The notes under the pieces are model-generated. The model was not told where the DNA came from and ran no database searches. It saw nothing but the letters and a program-made list of their open reading frames with translations. The position numbers and the translations under genes are program-made. From assembly GCA_965279525.1 (NCBI GenBank), contig CBDIIB010000003.1, positions 96,001 through 160,000 on the forward strand: 64,000 nucleotides of DNA, in the 5' to 3' direction. Source of the stretch: Tagaea sp. GTDB taxonomy: Bacteria; Pseudomonadota; Alphaproteobacteria; CACIAM-22H2. Positions 1 through 10,602 of this stretch are shown here, piece by piece; position 1 is the stretch's first letter, and every line of letters starts with the position of its first letter.

Positions 1-534
1 GACAAGGCGGCAAACGTTCTCGCGATGATCGGCCAAGCCGCGCCGTCATTCGCGATCGCGATTTTCATGATCGCGATCTTCGCGGTGAACCTGCGGTGGC
101 TGCCGACATCCGGCATGGGACAGTGGCAATCCTTCATCATGCCTTCGATCGCGCTTGCGTGGTTCTCGCTAGCTTCGCTGACGCGGATGACCCGGTCGTC
201 GATGCTCGACGTGTTCCATGCCGAGTACATCCGGCTCGCCCGCCTGAAGGGCCTGCCCGAACACGTGATTGTGTGGAAGCATGCGTTCCGCAATGCGGTG
301 CTCCCGATCATAACGATGTTCTCGCTTCAACTTGTCTTCTTCGTAAGCGGCTCCGTAATCGTCGAGAACATCTTCGCGTGGCCAGGGATCGGCCAGTTGT
401 CGATCCAGGCGATCGAGTCGCGTGACTATCCTCTCGTGCAGACGATCGTCTTCATCTCCTCGTCGGGGATCGTGCTGCTGAATCTCGCCGTGGACGTCCT
501 CTACGGATTCATCGACCCCCGGATCCGCCGCTGA
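1..534 (+). CDS. ABC transporter permease, DppB/OppB family (5'-truncated by window edge)
   Basis: EAA-type loop (EYIRLARLKGLPE..KHAFRNA) and C-terminal DVLYGFIDPRIR. The frame is open to the window edge. Confidence 0.9.
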   Translation, partial: DKAANVLAMIGQAAPSFAIAIFMIAIFAVNLRWLPTSGMGQWQSFIMPSIALAWFSLASLTRMTRSSMLDVFHAEYIRLARLKGLPEHVIVWKHAFRNAVLPIITMFSLQLVFFVSGSVIVENIFAWPGIGQLSIQAIESRDYPLVQTIVFISSSGIVLLNLAVDVLYGFIDPRIRR

Positions 535-1394
535 TGGCCAACGCTATCTCCATGCCGGCCGTTCGAGACGCGCTCCGCGGCGCGCCGGTCTTTCCCATCG
601 CGATCATCGCGACCTTGATCGTGGTAGGGTTTCTGGCCCCGCTCATCTCGCCGCATGAACCGAATACCGTCCGGCTGATGAACTCACACCTGCCGCCTGT
701 ATTCCTCGGCGGTACCTTCGAGCACATTCTCGGAACCGACGATCTTGGCCGCGACGTGCTGAGTCGGTTGATCAGTGGCGCCAGGATATCGCTGCTCGTC
801 GGCTTTGCGGTCGTCGTCGGCGCCGGCTCGATCGGGACGTTCCTCGCGCTTCTGTCGGGCTACTTCGGCGGCGTGATCGACAACGTAATATCTCGCATGT
901 GCGAGGTCTTCATCGCCGTTCCCTTCCTCTTGGTCGCTATTGCGGTCGTCGGTGCTGTCGGTGCGAGCACGCAGAACCTGATCTTGACCTTGATCTTCAT
1001 GAGCTGGGCCGGTTACGCGCGCGTCCTTCGCAGCGAGGTCCTACGTCTGCGCGAGATGGAGTTCGTCAAGCTTGCGAAAGTGGCGGGCTGCAGCAACGCG
1101 CGCATCCTGTTCCGCCATCTGCTGCCGAACATCGTCAATCCTCTGGTGATCCTCGCGACGCTCCAGCTCGGCGCGACCATCGTCGTCGAGGCGTCGCTGA
1201 GCTTCCTCGGGCTCGGTGTCCCGCCGCCGCAGGCGACATGGGGCGGCATGCTTGCTTCCGGCAAGAACTTCATCGGCTTCCAGACCTCACTTGTCGCCGT
1301 TCCGGGGATCGCGATTTTCCTCGTCGTCATGTCGATCAACATTCTCGGCGACTGGCTGCGCGTCCGACTTGACCCGAGGTTCCGCCAGCTATGA
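534..1394 (+). CDS. ABC transporter permease, DppC/OppC family
   Basis: HILGTDDLGRDVLSRLISGARISL and EASLSFLGLG motifs. Start overlaps the previous stop (TGATG). Confidence 0.93.
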   Translation: MANAISMPAVRDALRGAPVFPIAIIATLIVVGFLAPLISPHEPNTVRLMNSHLPPVFLGGTFEHILGTDDLGRDVLSRLISGARISLLVGFAVVVGAGSIGTFLALLSGYFGGVIDNVISRMCEVFIAVPFLLVAIAVVGAVGASTQNLILTLIFMSWAGYARVLRSEVLRLREMEFVKLAKVAGCSNARILFRHLLPNIVNPLVILATLQLGATIVVEASLSFLGLGVPPPQATWGGMLASGKNFIGFQTSLVAVPGIAIFLVVMSINILGDWLRVRLDPRFRQL

Positions 1395-2413
1395 CCGCTC
1401 AAGAAACAAAGGAAGCCCCGCTTCTCGAGGTGAAGAACCTCACGACGACCTTCCGGACACGCAACGGCGTCAGCCGGGCCGTCAACGGGGTGTCGCTCAC
1501 TGTCGAGCGCGGCCGCACGCTCGGCATCGTGGGTGAGTCGGGGAGTGGCAAGAGCGTGACGCTGATGTCGATCGTCCGCCTCGTCGCCAAGCCTGCCGGG
1601 AACATCGAAAGCGGCGAGATACTGTTCAACGGAAAGGATCTCCTCAAGCTTTCCGAGGACGAGATGCGCCAGATTCGCGGCGCTCAGATTTCCGTCGTTA
1701 CCCAAGATCCGATGACGTCGCTCAATCCGGTCTACTCGATCGGGAACCAGCTCGAAGAGCCGCTACGCCAGCACCAGAACATCCGGGACAAGGCGACGCT
1801 AAAGGAGAAGGTTGTCGCTGCTCTGCGGCGGGTCGGGATACCGGCGCCGGAGTCGCGGGTCGCAAGCTATCCCCACCAGTTGAGCGGTGGTCAGCGCCAG
1901 CGGGTCGTTACTGCGATGGCGCTGGAGTGCCATCCCGCCCTGATTCTGTGCGACGAACCGACGACGGCGCTCGACGTCACGATCCAACTCCAGATCCTCA
2001 AGCTCCTGCGGGAGCTGCAGCGCGAGTACCAACTTGGCATGATCATGGTCAGCCACGACCTCGCGGTGATCGCGCGGGTCTGTGACGACGTCGCGGTCAT
2101 GTATGCCGGCCGGGTGGTCGAGAAGGCCCCGCTCGCCGAGCTGTTCGAGCGGCCATCGCATCCGTACACGAAGGCGCTCATGCGCTCGCTGAACGTCGAA
2201 ACCGACGAGAACGGGAGACTGTTCTCGATCGACGGCCAGCCTCCTGACGTGCGTAAGCTCGGACCGGGTTGTGCGTTCGCGCCGCGGTGCCGCGAGGCGA
2301 GCGACATATGCCGGCAGGAAGTCCCGCCCGACGTCGCCGTTTCCGCAAGTCACCTGAGTGCGTGCTGGGCCGTCCACGAGCGGCTGCGGCTGACCGCCGG
2401 AGGCGCCGCATGA
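1391..2413 (+). CDS. ABC transporter ATP-binding protein, DppD/OppD family
   Basis: Walker A GESGSGKS, signature LSGGQRQR, Walker [14 protein letters not shown]-terminal Cys cluster (CAFAPRC..C..C). Confidence 0.95.
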   Translation: MTAQETKEAPLLEVKNLTTTFRTRNGVSRAVNGVSLTVERGRTLGIVGESGSGKSVTLMSIVRLVAKPAGNIESGEILFNGKDLLKLSEDEMRQIRGAQISVVTQDPMTSLNPVYSIGNQLEEPLRQHQNIRDKATLKEKVVAALRRVGIPAPESRVASYPHQLSGGQRQRVVTAMALECHPALILCDEPTTALDVTIQLQILKLLRELQREYQLGMIMVSHDLAVIARVCDDVAVMYAGRVVEKAPLAELFERPSHPYTKALMRSLNVETDENGRLFSIDGQPPDVRKLGPGCAFAPRCREASDICRQEVPPDVAVSASHLSACWAVHERLRLTAGGAA

Positions 2414-3375
2414 CCGCCACGACTGTCGGCACGGCACCTGCGCCCGGCGCTCCCCTCATGCGGCTCGAAGGCGTCACGAAGCGGTTCGGGTCGCTCACGG
2501 CCGTCGATCGGGTCTCGATCGACATCCGTGCGGGAAAAGTGCTCGGGATCGTCGGCGAGTCTGGATGCGGCAAGACGACCTTGTGCCGGATGATCCTCAG
2601 GATCGAGCCGCCGACCGAAGGCGAGGTCAATTTTCTCGGCGAAGGGATCTGGGATCTGGACCGCGAAGGCCAGCGCGAGTTCCGGCGGGCGGTTTCTGCG
2701 GTGTTCCAGGACCCCTACAGCTCGCTCAACCCGCGACACAAGGTCGAGGAATCGGTCATGGAGCCGGTTCTGGTCAATTTCGGCCGCCACGCCGTCGTCC
2801 GTGAGCGACTCGACGCGCTGTTGACGTCCGTCGGGCTTCCGACCTCGGCGGCAGCGCTCTATCCGCACGAGTTCAGCGGCGGACAGCGGCAGCGGATCGC
2901 GATCGCGCGCGCGATCTCGACCAGCCCGAAACTGATCCTGCTTGACGAGCCCGTCTCTGCGCTCGACGTCTCGATCCGCGCGCAGGTCCTGAACCTGCTG
3001 AAGGATCTTCAGGCCAAGAGCGGCGTCGCCTACGTCTTCGTCGCCCACGACCTCGGCGCCGTCCGCTACATGAGCGACGACGTGATCGTGATGTATCTCG
3101 GCGCGATCGTCGAGGCAGCGCCGGCCGGCGAGATCTACAGCACGCCGAAACATCCCTATACGCAGGGGCTTCTCGAAGCTTCCCTTCCGCCCGACCCGCG
3201 AAATCCGAACCTCGAAGGCCGGATCCGCGGCGACCTGCCGAACCCGATGAATCCGCCGAGCGGCTGCCGGTTCCGGACCCGCTGTCCGGCGGCGACCGAC
3301 CGATGCGCTGCCGAAGCGCCGGCCCTTCGCGAGATCGCCACCGGCCATCGCGTCGCGTGCCATTTCGCCGAATAG
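2410..3375 (+). CDS. ABC transporter ATP-binding protein, DppF/OppF family
   Basis: GESGCGKTT, FSGGQRQR, LLDEPVSALD, GCRFRTRCP..VACH. Start placed at the ATGA overlap at 2410 rather than 2269. Confidence 0.93.
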   Translation: MTATTVGTAPAPGAPLMRLEGVTKRFGSLTAVDRVSIDIRAGKVLGIVGESGCGKTTLCRMILRIEPPTEGEVNFLGEGIWDLDREGQREFRRAVSAVFQDPYSSLNPRHKVEESVMEPVLVNFGRHAVVRERLDALLTSVGLPTSAAALYPHEFSGGQRQRIAIARAISTSPKLILLDEPVSALDVSIRAQVLNLLKDLQAKSGVAYVFVAHDLGAVRYMSDDVIVMYLGAIVEAAPAGEIYSTPKHPYTQGLLEASLPPDPRNPNLEGRIRGDLPNPMNPPSGCRFRTRCPAATDRCAAEAPALREIATGHRVACHFAE

Positions 3376-3423
3376 CATCCACACCAACAAAAAGCCAACG
3401 AGACCGCAAAAGGGAGAAGCGAA

Positions 3424-5007
3424 ATGTCCAATCCAGGAAACCTGATCGCCAGCCTCAACCGACGCGAACTCTTCATCGGCGCCGCCGCCACGTCGGCGCT
3501 CGCGGTCGGGGGATCGCTCGTGCCGACGCGCACCAATGCCGCACCGACGGGAACGCTGCGGATCGCGCTGACGTCGCTGACGGACCAGTCCGTCGACCCT
3601 TTCTTCCAGGGCGGCGGACTTGCGCGTCCGATTGGCTATTCGCTCTACAACGCGCTCTTCCGGTTCGATGACAAGGGGCAACTCGAACTCGATCTCGCGG
3701 AAAGCATGGACGTCTCCGCCGACCGCAAGACCGTCACCTTCAAGATCCGGGGCGACGCCCTGTTCTGGGACGGCTCGCCCGTGACGGCTGAGGACGTCGC
3801 GTGGTCGTGGGAAGCGTTCAGCACGCGCAATCCGCCGCAGCCACAAGTCCCCGGCCTGAAGCGGCAAATCGAGTCCGTCGCCGCCGCCGACGGGCGGACG
3901 GTCGTGATGAAACTCTTCAACCCGACCCCGATGCGGACGGCCGAGTTCACGATCTGGTGGAACGTCTCCTCGAAGGCACACTTTACAAAGGTCGGCGCCG
4001 AGGCGTTCCGGACCCAGCCAATGGGGACAGGACCGTTCAAGCTCGTCCGGAACCAGATCGGCGCCTTCATCGAGATGGAGGCGAACGAGCGGCACTACCG
4101 GAAGGACCGGATCTCGAACGTGAAGACCGTCCGGATGAGTGTCGTGCCGGAAGTGACGACGCGAATCGCCCAGCTCCGCGCCGGTGAAGTCGACATCATC
4201 GACGGGATTACCGGCGTCCAAGGCATGCAGATCGCCGCCGACTCCAACCTGAGGCTCTTCCGGGCATCGGAGACGGCGATCATGAAGATCAACTACTTCG
4301 ACCTCCAGCGAGGCCTGAAGCCGTGGAACGACGTTCGGTTTCGCGAGGCGCTGACGATCTCCGTCAACCAGGACGAAATCGTGCGCGGCCTGCTTCGCCA
4401 GGGTACGCCGAGTCCGAACGCGCATGTCTTCCCGGCGAGCAAGGGCTTTGACGCCAAGCAGTTCGCCGTACGGAAGTACGATCCGGATCGTGCGAAGCGT
4501 CTGGTCAAGGAAGCGGGGCTGGAAGGCTTCGAGTTCGACCTGATGGCCTATCCGTCGGGGTCCTACGCGAATCTTCCAGAGATCGCGCAAGCGGTCGCTG
4601 GCTACTGGGGCGGTATCGGCTTGAAGCCGAAAATCGTCATGCTGGAGGCATCGACTTACATTAGCCGTCTCGTCAACCGGCAGCTTTCCGGCGCCGGAAT
4701 CCAGTCGATCTCCTTCGAGAACGATCTCCGGACGACGGCCGGCTGGCTCATTACCGGCGCGCAATGGGGCTCAACCGACAACGTGCCGGAGCTGAATGCC
4801 ATGCATGCGGAAATGCGGGCGGAAACCGATACCGATAAGCAGATCGGGATCGCCCAACGGATGCATAAGTTCTGCTACGACAACTTCCTTTTCGGGACGG
4901 GACCGTGGTCGAACTCGCAATGGGCCGCGACGCGCAAGGTCGCCGAATGGGTCCGTCCGGCAGGCGATCCGTACACCACGCGGCTTGAGTCGGTGAAGCT
5001 CACGTAA
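3424..5007 (+). CDS. ABC substrate-binding protein, family 5, with Tat signal peptide
   Basis: N-terminal NRRELFIGAAA twin-arginine motif; F.DGSPVTAEDV.WS and PMGTGPFKL family-5 motifs; GGGAG RBS. Confidence 0.92.
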   Translation: MSNPGNLIASLNRRELFIGAAATSALAVGGSLVPTRTNAAPTGTLRIALTSLTDQSVDPFFQGGGLARPIGYSLYNALFRFDDKGQLELDLAESMDVSADRKTVTFKIRGDALFWDGSPVTAEDVAWSWEAFSTRNPPQPQVPGLKRQIESVAAADGRTVVMKLFNPTPMRTAEFTIWWNVSSKAHFTKVGAEAFRTQPMGTGPFKLVRNQIGAFIEMEANERHYRKDRISNVKTVRMSVVPEVTTRIAQLRAGEVDIIDGITGVQGMQIAADSNLRLFRASETAIMKINYFDLQRGLKPWNDVRFREALTISVNQDEIVRGLLRQGTPSPNAHVFPASKGFDAKQFAVRKYDPDRAKRLVKEAGLEGFEFDLMAYPSGSYANLPEIAQAVAGYWGGIGLKPKIVMLEASTYISRLVNRQLSGAGIQSISFENDLRTTAGWLITGAQWGSTDNVPELNAMHAEMRAETDTDKQIGIAQRMHKFCYDNFLFGTGPWSNSQWAATRKVAEWVRPAGDPYTTRLESVKLT

Positions 5008-5021
5008 CGAGTTGAGACGGC

Positions 5022-5057
5022 GGGGTGCCCGGCAGGTTCTGCTGGCGCGGGCACCCC
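5022..5057 (+). terminator. GC-rich hairpin after the SBP gene (mRNA-stabilising or terminator)
   Basis: GGGGTGCCCG ... CGGGCACCCC inverted repeat just after the 5007 stop, with no U-tract. Confidence 0.5.
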
Positions 5058-5121
5058 TCCGATACGGATCGGACGGGGCCGTACGATCGGCGGACGAACC
5101 AAAACGAACGGAAAGCGGCCA

Positions 5122-6558
5122 GTGTTGAAGAACGAGATATTCATCGAGAACGCGTTTCTCCCGGCCGGAAGCGGAGGGGAGATCGGCCATGTCTATCCGG
5201 CGACTGGAGAGGTCAATGGAAAGGTCGTGCTCGGCGGGGCGGAGGAAATTCGGCAGGCCGTCGCCGCCGCGAAGCGCGCGGCACCGCTTTGGGAATCGAT
5301 CGGCCCGACCGAGCGCCGGACACGAATCGGGAAACTGGCCGATGTCGTCGAGGCATGGGAAGAGAAGTTCAGGACGCTTGCGGCTGCAGAAGTCGGCATG
5401 CCGACGCGCTCGTTCGCGGCGCGCCACAAATTTGCCGTCGACTGGATCCGAACCTACCAAGGCTGGGCGGACAAGATCGGCGGGGATGTCACGGCGTCGC
5501 TCGACTCAGGCCGTTTCGAGTACACCCGGTTCGAGCCCTTCGGCGTCGTCGGCATCGTCCTGACCTGGAACTCGGCACTGCTGTCTTTGACGATGAAGAT
5601 TCCGGCCGCACTTGCGGCCGGCAACACCGTCGTTGTCAAACCCTCGGAAATAACCCCGTATACGCCTCTGTTGTTCGCGCAGGCTTGCGTCGAAGCTGGA
5701 ATTCCCGCCGGCGTCGTGAATATCGTTCCCGGCGCCGTCGAGGCGGGTGAGACCCTCGTCGCCCATCCAGACGTCGAGAAGATATCGTTCACCGGAGGGC
5801 TGCGCGCCGCCTCGGCGATGATGCGGACCGGCGCGCCACTGGTGAAGCCGTTCTGCTTCGAACTCGGCGGCAAGTCGTCGCACCTCGTCTTCCCGGATGC
5901 GGATATTCGCCTCGCCGCAAAGGTCGTCTGCGCAGGTCTTTCGAATGCCGGACAGTCCTGCACCTTTGGTTCGCGGATCTATGTCCACGAGAGTGTCTAC
6001 TCGTCGTTCAGGGCAGCGCTGGTCGAACAGGCTCGGGGGATCGTGCTCGGCGATCCAACCGACGAACGGACGACGATGGGGCCGGTCGTCTCGGCGGCGG
6101 CCCGCGACCGAATCGTCGCGTTGATCGAGGCGTCGACGAGTCGGAAGGAAGCGAAGCTGCTCTCGGGCGGCAAGATCCCCGCGCTGTCGCGTCCGTTCTC
6201 CGATGGCTTCTTCGTCGAGCCGGCCGTGTTCGAGGACGTGGATCCGAACAGTGCACTCATCCGAGAGGAGATTTTCGGGCCGGTGATGTCGATCATGCCG
6301 TTTGCAGACGAGTCGAATGCGGTCATGGCGGCAAACGACACAGAATTCGGCCTGTCAAACTACGTCCACACCGCCGATCTGCGGCGTGCCATCCGGGTCA
6401 CGGCGCAGCTCAAGAGCGGAACCGTCTACGTCAACGACGCGAGCCGGACGAATCCGGGCGCGCCGTTTGGAGGATACCGACGAAGCGGCATCGGCTACGA
6501 AGGCGGCCGGGCTGGCCTCGACGAGTTCCTCAGGCGAAAGACGGTGGGTCTTGTCTGA
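5122..6558 (+). CDS. Aldehyde dehydrogenase family protein
   Basis: LTWNS, VKPSE, FTGG, catalytic Glu (FELGGKS), catalytic Cys (NAGQSCT), EEIFGPV, PFGGYRRSGIG. Confidence 0.95.
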   Translation: MLKNEIFIENAFLPAGSGGEIGHVYPATGEVNGKVVLGGAEEIRQAVAAAKRAAPLWESIGPTERRTRIGKLADVVEAWEEKFRTLAAAEVGMPTRSFAARHKFAVDWIRTYQGWADKIGGDVTASLDSGRFEYTRFEPFGVVGIVLTWNSALLSLTMKIPAALAAGNTVVVKPSEITPYTPLLFAQACVEAGIPAGVVNIVPGAVEAGETLVAHPDVEKISFTGGLRAASAMMRTGAPLVKPFCFELGGKSSHLVFPDADIRLAAKVVCAGLSNAGQSCTFGSRIYVHESVYSSFRAALVEQARGIVLGDPTDERTTMGPVVSAAARDRIVALIEASTSRKEAKLLSGGKIPALSRPFSDGFFVEPAVFEDVDPNSALIREEIFGPVMSIMPFADESNAVMAANDTEFGLSNYVHTADLRRAIRVTAQLKSGTVYVNDASRTNPGAPFGGYRRSGIGYEGGRAGLDEFLRRKTVGLV

Positions 6559-6601
6559 TGGCGTGTTCCCGCGTTCCCGAATTTGAGAGACGGCGCGTCG
6601 C

Positions 6602-7465
6602 ATGATCCCACGCTTGGACAAATTGGCCGATGACGTTGTCGGCCCGATGCCTGGGAATCTGAATTTCAGGGTCGTTGGCGGGGGGCGGCCGAACCTCGTG
6701 TTCGTCCACGGGTTCGGATGTTCTCTCGACGATTGGGATGCGACGATCTTCGAACTGTCAGACCGTTTCGCGTGTGTCGCGGTCGATTTGCCCGGCCACG
6801 GCCTTTCAAAGCCGCTCGCGGAGAATACTATCGCGACGTACGCGACGGAAGTGAACGCGGTTGTCGAAAGTCTCGGACTCAATGACGTGGTCTTCGTCGG
6901 TCACAGTTTGGGCACGAAAGTCATTCGGGAGTGCTATCGGCAGTCGAAACAGGCCGTCGCTGGCCTCGCATTCGTCGACGGAAGCATCTATGTCGGCAAT
7001 CCGGAGAGCCAGATCGCCGAACTCAAGGGAACGCTCGAGCGCGACGGGATCCGAGGTTTCGTCGATCGGACCTTTCGCGCGATGTTTTCGGAGAAAGTCG
7101 AGCAGAGTGTCATCGATCGCGTGGTCGAACGTGCGAAGTGCGTCGATGAAGGGCTTGGCGCGCAGATCTTGATCGACTCGATTCGCTGGGAGGCATCCGT
7201 CGGGAATGGTGCCTGGGGCGCCGTGCGCGTTCCGATACTGCTCATCCAATCGACGCAGTTCCAGGCAGGCTTCGGCAGGACATACATGACGTCGACGGCG
7301 GAGACGCCAATCATGCGCAAACTGTCCGGCCTGTCGACCGCCGTCGACATAAAGGTGATGGGCGATACCGGGCACTTCCCGATGATCGAGGATCCCGTGA
7401 CCGTTACCGACTATCTCGCTGGGTTCATCCGCTCAGAAATCCGGACGGAAGACGAGGGTTTGTAA
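6602..7465 (+). CDS. Alpha/beta fold hydrolase
   Basis: FVHGFG oxyanion motif, DLPGHG, nucleophile elbow GHSLG, C-terminal GHFPMIEDP. Confidence 0.9.
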   Translation: MIPRLDKLADDVVGPMPGNLNFRVVGGGRPNLVFVHGFGCSLDDWDATIFELSDRFACVAVDLPGHGLSKPLAENTIATYATEVNAVVESLGLNDVVFVGHSLGTKVIRECYRQSKQAVAGLAFVDGSIYVGNPESQIAELKGTLERDGIRGFVDRTFRAMFSEKVEQSVIDRVVERAKCVDEGLGAQILIDSIRWEASVGNGAWGAVRVPILLIQSTQFQAGFGRTYMTSTAETPIMRKLSGLSTAVDIKVMGDTGHFPMIEDPVTVTDYLAGFIRSEIRTEDEGL

Positions 7466-7470
7466 CGACG

Positions 7471-7899
7471 CTATGGGATCCGTCGGGTCTTGTCCGGCTT
7501 GAAGACTGGCCAATACGGGAAGAAGCGGCGGACGGAGAATTTCCACGAGCCAGAGATCTTCACGAACTCGTCGATGTAATGCCCGCAGAACGGATCGCCA
7601 CCGAAGGACTGCATGACGCATGTGCCGGATGCCCGATCTCCCGCAACGGACAGGATCTCATTCATGACGACGGGGATTCGCCGCCCCGGCGCCATCTTGC
7701 CGAGATATGCGCGCAGCGCGGTCTTTCCCGTCGCGAGCGCCGGCTGTTCGCCTTCGGCGCGGTGGTTCTCGAAGATGCAATCTTCGGCAAATAGGTCGAC
7801 GACGAGGTCCCGATCGCCACGCGTGGTGTACCAACAGTATGCCGAACGCAGTTCGCTGATCGCGATCCGGGCTTCTATTTCGTCGAGCCGCTTGGTCAC
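7471..7899 (-). CDS. NTF2/SnoaL-like domain protein
   Basis: RLDEIEARIAISELRSAYC..D....DLFAEDC and GHYIDEFVKISGSWKFSVR patterns. Start probably GTG 7899 or 7908, right after the LysR stop. Confidence 0.8.
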   Translation of the reverse strand: MTKRLDEIEARIAISELRSAYCWYTTRGDRDLVVDLFAEDCIFENHRAEGEQPALATGKTALRAYLGKMAPGRRIPVVMNEILSVAGDRASGTCVMQSFGGDPFCGHYIDEFVKISGSWKFSVRRFFPYWPVFKPDKTRRIP

Positions 7900-7900
7900 A

Positions 7901-8827
7901 TCACTCACTTTTCTTCTCCGGGGCGGGGGAGGTTTCGTTCTTCGGTACGAGCGTCTCGCGAAGGAACTTCCGCAGCCATTGGTTGGCCGGATCGTTGTGG
8001 ACGCGCCGGTGCCAGAAAACACGGATCTGCGCTTTCGGAATGCTCAAGGGGTGCGCCATCACTTGGACATCGGTCCGGGAACGAACCGAGCGGAGCGGCA
8101 CCGTCGCGACCAGGCGGGTGGCGCGCACGACCTCGATGGCGATGTGATACTGCGTCACGATCAGCGCGATGTCCCGGGTCAGCCGCTTTTTCGACAGGGT
8201 CCGCTCGACGAGCGCTTCTGCGTTTCCCGATGCGATCGCGACGTGTTTCGCGCTCGCGAACTGTTGCGCGCTGATCGACCCCCGCAAGACGGGATGCTTC
8301 GCGGAGGCAACGCAACAGTACGAATCGTCGAACAGTGGTTCCTGATAGATCCCGGCCCGCAGCGAGGACAGGTGGCTGATCGCGATGTCAGCCGAACCGT
8401 TCTGGAGCGATTCCACGACCTGTTCACGCGGGATCTGGACCGCTTCTATCGTGATGCCCGGCGCGCTCAACGAAAGAGCACGCATCAGGGTCGGCAGGAC
8501 GACGATCTGGCCGGCGTCGGACATCAGCACCCGGAAACGGCGGATGACCCGCTGCGGATTGAATTCGCCCGGGCCACCGAACGCTCGCTCGAAATGGGCG
8601 AGGGCTTCGTGCACCGCCGCGGCCATTTCGAGCGCCAGCGCCGTCGGCTCCATTCCCGAGGGGGTTCGCACGAACAGCGGGTCGTCGCAGACGCGACGCA
8701 GCCGCGAGAGCGCGTTACTCATCGCCGGCTGCGTCAGGCCGATCTTCGAGGCTGCTCGGGACACGTTGCGCTCGGCGTCAACTGCCGCGAATACACGCAG
8801 GAGATTGAGATCCACGCCATTCGCCAT
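7901..8827 (-). CDS. LysR family transcriptional regulator (NodD/NahR-like)
   Basis: DLNLLRVF....ERNVSRAA..IGLTQPAMSNALSRLR...DPLFVRT HTH and C-terminal WH.R.HNDPANQWLR. Divergent from the monooxygenase operon. Confidence 0.93.
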   Translation of the reverse strand: MANGVDLNLLRVFAAVDAERNVSRAASKIGLTQPAMSNALSRLRRVCDDPLFVRTPSGMEPTALALEMAAAVHEALAHFERAFGGPGEFNPQRVIRRFRVLMSDAGQIVVLPTLMRALSLSAPGITIEAVQIPREQVVESLQNGSADIAISHLSSLRAGIYQEPLFDDSYCCVASAKHPVLRGSISAQQFASAKHVAIASGNAEALVERTLSKKRLTRDIALIVTQYHIAIEVVRATRLVATVPLRSVRSRTDVQVMAHPLSIPKAQIRVFWHRRVHNDPANQWLRKFLRETLVPKNETSPAPEKKSE

Positions 8828-8916
8828 ATCAATATCCCGAGTTTCCAAATTCAATTCGACATTAATACGACCGGTGACTTAGTTAGTCAATGCGGCAGGA
8901 GAAAATGGGGGGAGAA

Positions 8917-10602
8917 ATGACACAGGCCAACAGCCGGCAGCACGATGTGGCGAAGTCGATCCATGTCCCTGTCCTGATCGTCGGCGCCGGTCCGGTCGGT
9001 CTCGGCATGGCCATCGAGCTCGGCTCCCGGAACATCAAGACCCTTGTGGTCGACGAGGGGGACGGGCGCGTCGCGCATCCCCGGACCGGCCTGATCATCG
9101 TCCGGACGATGGAACTCGCACGCAAATGGGGGATCGCGGACAGGATCCGCAATGCCGGCTTCCCGGCGGACTACGAGCTCTCGATGGTGTTCTGCACGTC
9201 GCTCAACGGCCATCTCATTGCCAAAGAGCCGTACCCGAGCATGCGGGAATCGCCGACCCCGCCGGAAACGCCAGAGAAAAAGCAGCGCTGTCCGCAATCG
9301 TGGATGCAGCCGATCCTCGCGGACGCGGCACGCGGGTATGCCTGCAATGACTTCCGCTACGGCCATCGCTTCAATCGCTTTGTCCAACACGACAACTCGG
9401 TTGTCGGATACGTGACGGACCTTGCGACGGGCGAAGAACTCGAGATCCACGCCGACTATCTCCTTGCCTGCGACGGTGCGGGAAGCGGCATCCGGACCGC
9501 TCTGGGCATCGAGATGCAGGGCCGCCTTCTCAGCTATTCGATCAACATCCTGATCACCGCTCCCGGCCTCGCGAAGAAGCACCGGATGGGCGAAGCGGAA
9601 CGCTACATCTTCACGGATGCGGAGGGAACTTGGGGCAACATGACCGTCGTCGATGGCGATGCGGTCTGGCGTATCACCGTCCTTGGGTCCCAAGAGAAAA
9701 TGGACCTGGATACGTTCGACGCGGACTACTGGGTACGTCGCGCACTCGGGGCGAGCGATATCCCTTACAAGGTGGACTCGGTAATTCCGTGGCGCCGGAG
9801 CGAGTTGCTCGCGGAGCGTTTCCTCGACCGCCGCGTGATCCTTGTCGGCGACGCCGCCCATACGACATCACCGACCGGCGGAATGGGTATGAACACCGGG
9901 ATGCAGGAGGTTTTCGATCTCGGATGGAAGCTCGATGCCGTGCTGAAGGGATGGGCGGGCCCCGAACTGCTCGCCAGCTACGAAGCCGAGCGGCGTCCGA
10001 TCGCCGCACGCAATCTCCGCTTCTCGACCTCCAACTACAACGCGTGGCGCGACGTTCCGGATACCCGCGCGATCGCTGATGACACCGACGAAGGCCGCAG
10101 CCTCCGTGAAAGCGTCGGCGGGCGACTACGGGAGTCGACCCGTGTGGAGTGGGAGTCGCTCGGCCTGCAGATCGGGCATCGTTACGACGGCTCTCCGATC
10201 TGCATTCCCGACGGGACCCCGCCGGTTCCGGACGACTTCCGTATCTACGTGCCGACGGCGCGCTCCGGCTCTCGGGCACCCCACGCCTGGCTTGCCGACG
10301 GAAGGTCGATCCTCGATCTCTTCGGGACCAAGTTCGTCCTCCTCACCTTCTCGGAAAAGCCTGAGACGGAGAAGCTTGCCGGCGCCTTCGCCCGCCGCGG
10401 TATTCCGTTCGCCGTCGAGCGGATCAAGGACGACAGCATCGCTGCCCTTTACGAGATGCCGCTCGTCCTCGTTCGGCCCGACGGCCACGTCGCCTGGCGC
10501 GGCACGACGGTCGACGATCCCGAACTCATCGCGGACGTGGTGCGGGGTGCGGGTGCAGCGTGCCGGGCCTCCGGTGAAGCGCCTCATAAGGTCGCGTCGT
10601 AA
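8917..10602 (+). CDS. FAD-dependent monooxygenase (group A aromatic hydroxylase, PheA/TfdB/RdmE-like)
   Basis: GAGPVG, ACDGAGS (DG motif), LVGDAAH..P.GG.GMNTG (GD motif), C-terminal GSRAPHAWL...LVRPDGHVAWR domain. Confidence 0.92.
   Translation: MTQANSRQHDVAKSIHVPVLIVGAGPVGLGMAIELGSRNIKTLVVDEGDGRVAHPRTGLIIVRTMELARKWGIADRIRNAGFPADYELSMVFCTSLNGHLIAKEPYPSMRESPTPPETPEKKQRCPQSWMQPILADAARGYACNDFRYGHRFNRFVQHDNSVVGYVTDLATGEELEIHADYLLACDGAGSGIRTALGIEMQGRLLSYSINILITAPGLAKKHRMGEAERYIFTDAEGTWGNMTVVDGDAVWRITVLGSQEKMDLDTFDADYWVRRALGASDIPYKVDSVIPWRRSELLAERFLDRRVILVGDAAHTTSPTGGMGMNTGMQEVFDLGWKLDAVLKGWAGPELLASYEAERRPIAARNLRFSTSNYNAWRDVPDTRAIADDTDEGRSLRESVGGRLRESTRVEWESLGLQIGHRYDGSPICIPDGTPPVPDDFRIYVPTARSGSRAPHAWLADGRSILDLFGTKFVLLTFSEKPETEKLAGAFARRGIPFAVERIKDDSIAALYEMPLVLVRPDGHVAWRGTTVDDPELIADVVRGAGAACRASGEAPHKVAS

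Noticed and set aside
2350-4764. 804-aa minus-strand ORF, and similar long ORFs at 7613-8920, 22569-24008 and 42846-44741
   Set aside because: Antisense shadows of well-supported genes, typical of high-GC codon bias, with no recognisable motifs.
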